Shown here: one piece after another, positions 60,004 through 64,000 of the stretch
How positions within the stretch are numbered: the stretch's first letter is position 1
Layout of the letters: every line of letters begins with the position of its first letter
NCBI GenBank assembly: GCA_003021305.1
Contig: PXQN01000058.1
Location: 633-64,632, forward strand
Reading direction: 5' to 3'
Length of the DNA stretch: 64,000 bases
Source: Halobacteriales archaeon QH_10_67_22
GTDB lineage: Archaea > Halobacteriota > Halobacteria > Halobacteriales > Haloarculaceae
Notes under the pieces: generated by a model
Told to the model about the DNA's origin: nothing
The model's database searches: none
What the model saw: only the letters and a program-made list of their open reading frames with translations
Translations under genes and position numbers: made by a program

Positions 60004-61110
60004 TCAGCCTTTGACGGGGAGCAACGCGGTGGCGATCAGGAGGACGGCGACGACGACGCTGAGCTGTGTGACCCCCCAGAGGCCGTTCTTGCGCTCGGTG
60101 TAGGCGTCGATCGCTTCGTGCTGTGCGTGGTACTCCTCGTAACGCTCGTCGCTCTCGAACAACTGGACCGAGGAGTTGTCCGGGAAATGCGCGAAGTACT
60201 GTCTGTCGCCGATAGTGACGTTCTCGCCCTCGGCGAGGTCGACGGTTGTCGTCTGTTCGCCGGTTCGGGTCAGCGTGATACCCTCGCTGTCGACCGCGTC
60301 GACCGTCTGTTCGGCGCCCTCGTACTGCAGCGTCTTGCCCTCTGCGACCGTGTGGCGTTCAGCGGGGTCGAAGTAGTCGCTGACGGCGACGTTCGTATCG
60401 TTCGCGCGGTAGGTGACTTTCCGCACCCCGTCCTGGGTGATCACCTCGTCGTACAGCGCGGGGTCACTCGTTGCCAGCTGGGTGAGGTTGCGCTGCTCGA
60501 CGAAGGTCGCCTCGGTCGGCTCGCTGTCGTTCTCGGTCTCGACGACCACCAGATACGGATTCCCCCAGACGACCGTGGCCGCTCCGTCGGAGACGTCGGT
60601 CACCGTCGCCTCGAACCCGTGGAACTGGAAGGTGTCCTCGGCTTCCAGCGTCTCGTTGTCGGCGGCGTCGTCGGCGTTCGTCAGCGTGAGCGTGCTCGCC
60701 GAGTCGTTGACCGCGACCTCGTAGGTGGTCGTGCCGTCGGTGACGGTCGACCCGTCCTCGAAAGTGGCTTCCCGGCGTGCGGTCTGGCCGTCCCAGACGA
60801 CGTCCGTCGGGGGGACCTCCGACCCGTTGTCGATGGTGGTCTCGAGTTCGGCGGACTCGTCAGTCCAGGACAGTTCCCCCGAGACGGTGACACCGCCACC
60901 GCCGCCGTGGCCGCCGCCACCGCCGTCGCTCTCGGCCTCGATCGACGAGACAGTCCAGGTCCGCTCCCCGAGGGTCACCTCGTCACCCTCGGCGTAGCTC
61001 TCCCCGTCCATCGCGACGGTCGGCGCAGCCGTCGTCTGGATGAGCCCGTACGCGGCCCCACCCACGACGAGGAAGAACGCGAGATACATCGCCACGGCTC
61101 GTCTTTGCAT
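60004..61110 (-). CDS. Membrane-anchored extracellular protein
   Basis: MQRRAVA signal/anchor; acidic T-rich body; C-terminal TM ending LPVKG. Confidence 0.8.
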   Translation of the reverse strand: MQRRAVAMYLAFFLVVGGAAYGLIQTTAAPTVAMDGESYAEGDEVTLGERTWTVSSIEAESDGGGGGHGGGGGVTVSGELSWTDESAELETTIDNGSEVPPTDVVWDGQTARREATFEDGSTVTDGTTTYEVAVNDSASTLTLTNADDAADNETLEAEDTFQFHGFEATVTDVSDGAATVVWGNPYLVVVETENDSEPTEATFVEQRNLTQLATSDPALYDEVITQDGVRKVTYRANDTNVAVSDYFDPAERHTVAEGKTLQYEGAEQTVDAVDSEGITLTRTGEQTTTVDLAEGENVTIGDRQYFAHFPDNSSVQLFESDERYEEYHAQHEAIDAYTERKNGLWGVTQLSVVVAVLLIATALLPVKG

Positions 61111-61181
61111 ACCCGATCGGTCCGGTGCCCCGGGGTAAAACGATTATCAATTGCGCCGAGACGCCCGCTGTGACCGCCCGG

Positions 61182-61421
61182 TCAGTCCGACGTGACTGCC
61201 ACGCTCCGGTCGTCGGAGTCGCCGACCGCCGCGGCCAGCCCCCGTGCGAGCGCCAGCACGGCCCGCTCGTGTTCGGCTTTCGACCCGTAGACCGCAATCG
61301 GCGAAACGTCGAGGTCGTCGTAGGCACCGAACTCGGCCGGGGACGCGTCGCCGCGGCGCTCGACATCGGCCCTGACCAGCGCCAGCAGCGTGTGCAGGTG
61401 GAGGGATTCGTCTTTTTTCAT
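61182..61421 (-). CDS. UPF0058-family protein
   Basis: MKKDESLHLHTLL...Y..L.VSP...SKAEH..AV..LA. Confidence 0.8.
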   Translation of the reverse strand: MKKDESLHLHTLLALVRADVERRGDASPAEFGAYDDLDVSPIAVYGSKAEHERAVLALARGLAAAVGDSDDRSVAVTSD

Positions 61422-61582
61422 GTACCCTCCCTACGTGCTGGAAATGCCTAAACCTCGCGGCGACAGTGATCCATTCGAGCCGCGCCTGGCGCGGCGGCCG
61501 ACCGGGTCGGCCAGTTATTGCGTTCCAGCGCCAACGTCCGAGTGATGGACGACCACAGCGTCGACGCTGGCAGGTGGTTGTG

Positions 61583-61789
61583 ATGTCGACGACGGCCCCC
61601 GAGCGATTCGACAACGCCACCGTGATCGCCGTCGCGACCCTGTTCGCGGCGGTCGTCGCCGCGATCGCACTGGTCGGCGTGGTCCTGCCCGACGCCCGCC
61701 CGTACGTCAGAGCCGGGATCGGCCTCTGTATCGCTGTCTACGCCGTCTACGGTGCCGTGATCGTCCGCCAGGCCGGAAAGCGGTTGTAA
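61583..61789 (+). CDS. Small two-TM membrane protein
   Basis: Hydrophobic ORF. Confidence 0.6.
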   Translation: MSTTAPERFDNATVIAVATLFAAVVAAIALVGVVLPDARPYVRAGIGLCIAVYAVYGAVIVRQAGKRL

Positions 61790-61804
61790 ATACGGTAGAG
61801 TACA

Positions 61805-61982
61805 GGTGAGCGTAGTAGTACGAGAGGGCTTTACACGTCCGACAGAGACACGTCGAGTTGGTCGGCGACGTGGGCGGGAGACTGTCCGCTGTCAATCACC
61901 CGTGTGACGACGTGACGAACTCCGATCCGTGTGCCGTCGATCCGTGGCTCGCCACCGATCACGTCGTCACGGGTGATAGCAT
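61805..61982 (-). pseudogene. DUF433 antitoxin-like remnant
   Basis: ITRDDVIGGEPRIDGTRIGVRHV...VADQLDVSLSDV* then ALSYYY in another frame; the ATG is out of frame. Confidence 0.78.
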
Positions 61983-61987
61983 GCGAG

Positions 61988-62959
61988 CTATCCCTGCATC
62001 TGTGCTCCCGTACTGAAACTGGTGAGGTCGTCGATTCGGTTTTCTAGTTCTTCGATCTCCCGTCGCAGGTCGTCGGTTTCCGCTTCCTCACTCGCTGCCA
62101 GTCGGTCTTTGAGTCCCTGGAGGCGTGACTCTTTGACTTCCTCGTCGACCTCTGCTTTCCGGACGTACTCGCTCTCGTCGATCTCGTACACGTCGCTCTC
62201 GGAGAGTTCGGTTACTTCGAGCGCTTCGTCTACCCTGTTTGCGTCGACGGTCGTCAGTCGCTCGCGTTCGATCCCGGCAGCCTCGAAAGCGTTCAACACG
62301 AGTTCATCGTCCCTGAGCGATCGGTTGCGGCGTGAGGTTCGCTGCACGGACCCGTACTGACCGTGGACTGGCTGGTCGTGATGGAGCCTATCGAGTAGTA
62401 CGTCGGCGATGTCCTTCCGGAGTTCGTTCGCGTTCCGCTGGACGTCCGAGCAGAGCGTGTATAGATTCACCAGCGCGTCCGTCTCCAACGCCGTGATATC
62501 GGACACTTCGTGTCGTTCTAGCGCGTCGATGAGAAGCAAGGCGTCGGAGTACACGTCGATCCCATCAGGTTCGGTACGTTCGTTCTCGCTGGCAGCTGCC
62601 TCCTCGCTCGCCAGTTGCGACTCGGTCACACCGTCTTTTTGGGCAATGACGCCGCGCTCTTCGTCGATCTCGAAGCGCGGATGGAGACTCAGTACCGCCG
62701 GGTACGGGTCGGCATCGGCTGGAAGCCGGTCGAGAGCGAACCCGTCGGTGGCGTCCTGAATCCGCTGGTAGAGTGTTTCGAACTGATCACGTTGCAGTGG
62801 TCGTCGCTCTCCCGTTTCGGAGAACGTGATAATGACGCGGTGTTCTTGCACATCCGCGATCCGGAACCGGTCGTGAGAGAGCGGAGTGACGAGTTCGGCA
62901 CCGTCGGACAGTTCGTCGAGTTCGTCGAGGAGCGTGTGCCAACTGACGCTGAACGGCAT
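61988..62959 (-). CDS. Hypothetical 323-aa acidic protein
   Basis: Clean ORF, lower GC, coiled-coil-like C-terminus. Confidence 0.75.
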   Translation of the reverse strand: MPFSVSWHTLLDELDELSDGAELVTPLSHDRFRIADVQEHRVIITFSETGERRPLQRDQFETLYQRIQDATDGFALDRLPADADPYPAVLSLHPRFEIDEERGVIAQKDGVTESQLASEEAAASENERTEPDGIDVYSDALLLIDALERHEVSDITALETDALVNLYTLCSDVQRNANELRKDIADVLLDRLHHDQPVHGQYGSVQRTSRRNRSLRDDELVLNAFEAAGIERERLTTVDANRVDEALEVTELSESDVYEIDESEYVRKAEVDEEVKESRLQGLKDRLAASEEAETDDLRREIEELENRIDDLTSFSTGAQMQG

Positions 62960-63210
62960 ACTGAACGGTAACGCGTGACCGAATAAAACACTCCGGCCGT
63001 CGCCCGACCGTTTTTGTTCCGGCCGCCTGGATGACCAGTATGGTCGACACCGAGTTTGGGAACTCAACCGAGCCATCTTGATACAGCGAGGGAATCCTGG
63101 CGTTCACGCCGAGAGGGAATCGCGTACGCTCCACGTGACAATCAGCGGGACTGTCGTCTACCCGAAGACCGACCGTAAGTGTTTAGTTACATATGCACTT
63201 ACACAACTCT

Positions 63211-63351
63211 GTGCGAACGGATGTGGACATGGAGCGGGACGGCGACCTACACGAACGGGTCAAGCAGTACGCCCGTGAGAATGGTATCCGTCACCCGCGA
63301 GCATACCGCGAGCTAATCGAAAAGGGATTAGACGCCACCGATGCCGACTAA
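63211..63351 (+). CDS. 46-aa ribbon-helix-helix-like protein overlapping the tnpB start
   Basis: VRTDVDMERDGDLHERVKQYARENGIRHPRAYRELIEKGLDATDAD*. Confidence 0.65.
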   Translation: MRTDVDMERDGDLHERVKQYARENGIRHPRAYRELIEKGLDATDAD

Positions 63352-64000
63352 GACGCTTGAAGCAACACTCGCGCCGCCGACAGCCCACAAGGAGCGAAAG
63401 CTACAGGAAATCCACGACCTGTATCACGAGGGGCTACACGAAGCGTTCGAGACTGGCGCTGATACGCAGTCGGCAGTCAACGACATAGTAACACCCTACG
63501 ACCTGCCGTATCAGGTCAAAGACGCACTCAAAAACTACGTGCCGTCGTTGGACGACGCACGGGAATTGAGCGACGACCACCCAACACGGATGGTCAACCG
63601 TGCCGCTCGCTTCGACTACTCGGAGGACCGAACACACAGCTACGTGTGGGAGGTTCCCCAACCCGGCCACGGCCCGAATTTCTGGATACCGCTTCGTATC
63701 AACCCCGAACAGGAGCAACTGTGGGCAGACTTGCTGGCTGGAAACGTATCGCCCGGTCAACTCCAACTGATACAGAATCGCACATCATGGACACTGCACG
63801 TCGCTGTCGAGTATTCTGCCGAAGACCCCGGCTACGATACCGACAGCGACGACGTGACGCACATCGGACTGGACATTGGTGAATCGTCTCTTATTATGGG
63901 CTGTGCCCTCACGGACGGTTCACCGACCCGCCCGCTTGTGTGTGACGGGAGCCGTGCGAAGCATCTCCGCAAAGAGATGCACACCACCCTGAAACGACTC
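63341..64000 (+). CDS. tnpB: RNA-guided endonuclease TnpB (5' part; runs off the window)
   Basis: 220 open codons MPTKTLEATLAPPTAHK...WTLHVAVE...HIGLDIGE (RuvC-I Asp present). Confidence 0.88.
   Translation, partial: MPTKTLEATLAPPTAHKERKLQEIHDLYHEGLHEAFETGADTQSAVNDIVTPYDLPYQVKDALKNYVPSLDDARELSDDHPTRMVNRAARFDYSEDRTHSYVWEVPQPGHGPNFWIPLRINPEQEQLWADLLAGNVSPGQLQLIQNRTSWTLHVAVEYSAEDPGYDTDSDDVTHIGLDIGESSLIMGCALTDGSPTRPLVCDGSRAKHLRKEMHTTLKRL

Larger units (their letters stand above)
63083..64000 (+). mobile_element. IS200/IS605-family (IS1341-like) element, left part
   Basis: TTGAT at 63078-63082 followed by a subterminal hairpin GGCGTTCACGCC, then a small ORF and tnpB. Confidence 0.8.

Overview
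GC-rich haloarchaeal (class Halobacteria) chromosomal segment with acidic proteins and mostly leaderless genes. Core content: signal-transduction genes (PAS, HalOD1, Bat-like activator, histidine kinase), hjc, priL, hisA, hisB, a 2-oxoacid dehydrogenase cluster (lipA, E1a, E1b, E2, with E3 about 25 kb away), gatD, udp, aspartate kinase, purO, sua5, pheA, thiE, a complete pstSCAB-phoU operon, RNase P RNA and tRNA-Lys(UUU). A lower-GC accessory tail carries an IS200/IS605-type tnpB element. Two patterns stand out. (1) Three families of 77-109 bp hairpin elements with TA termini (8 copies) duplicate a 3-bp TNA target, and five of the eight sit exactly on a gene's stop codon. (2) About a dozen genes look eroded, mostly by clean internal deletions, including E1a, E3, SAMP1, a K+ channel, a GNAT, an IMPACT protein and an IS6 transposase. 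There is no CRISPR array; the Cas4-like gene is solo and looks catalytically inactive. All family assignments come from recognising motifs, not from database searches.
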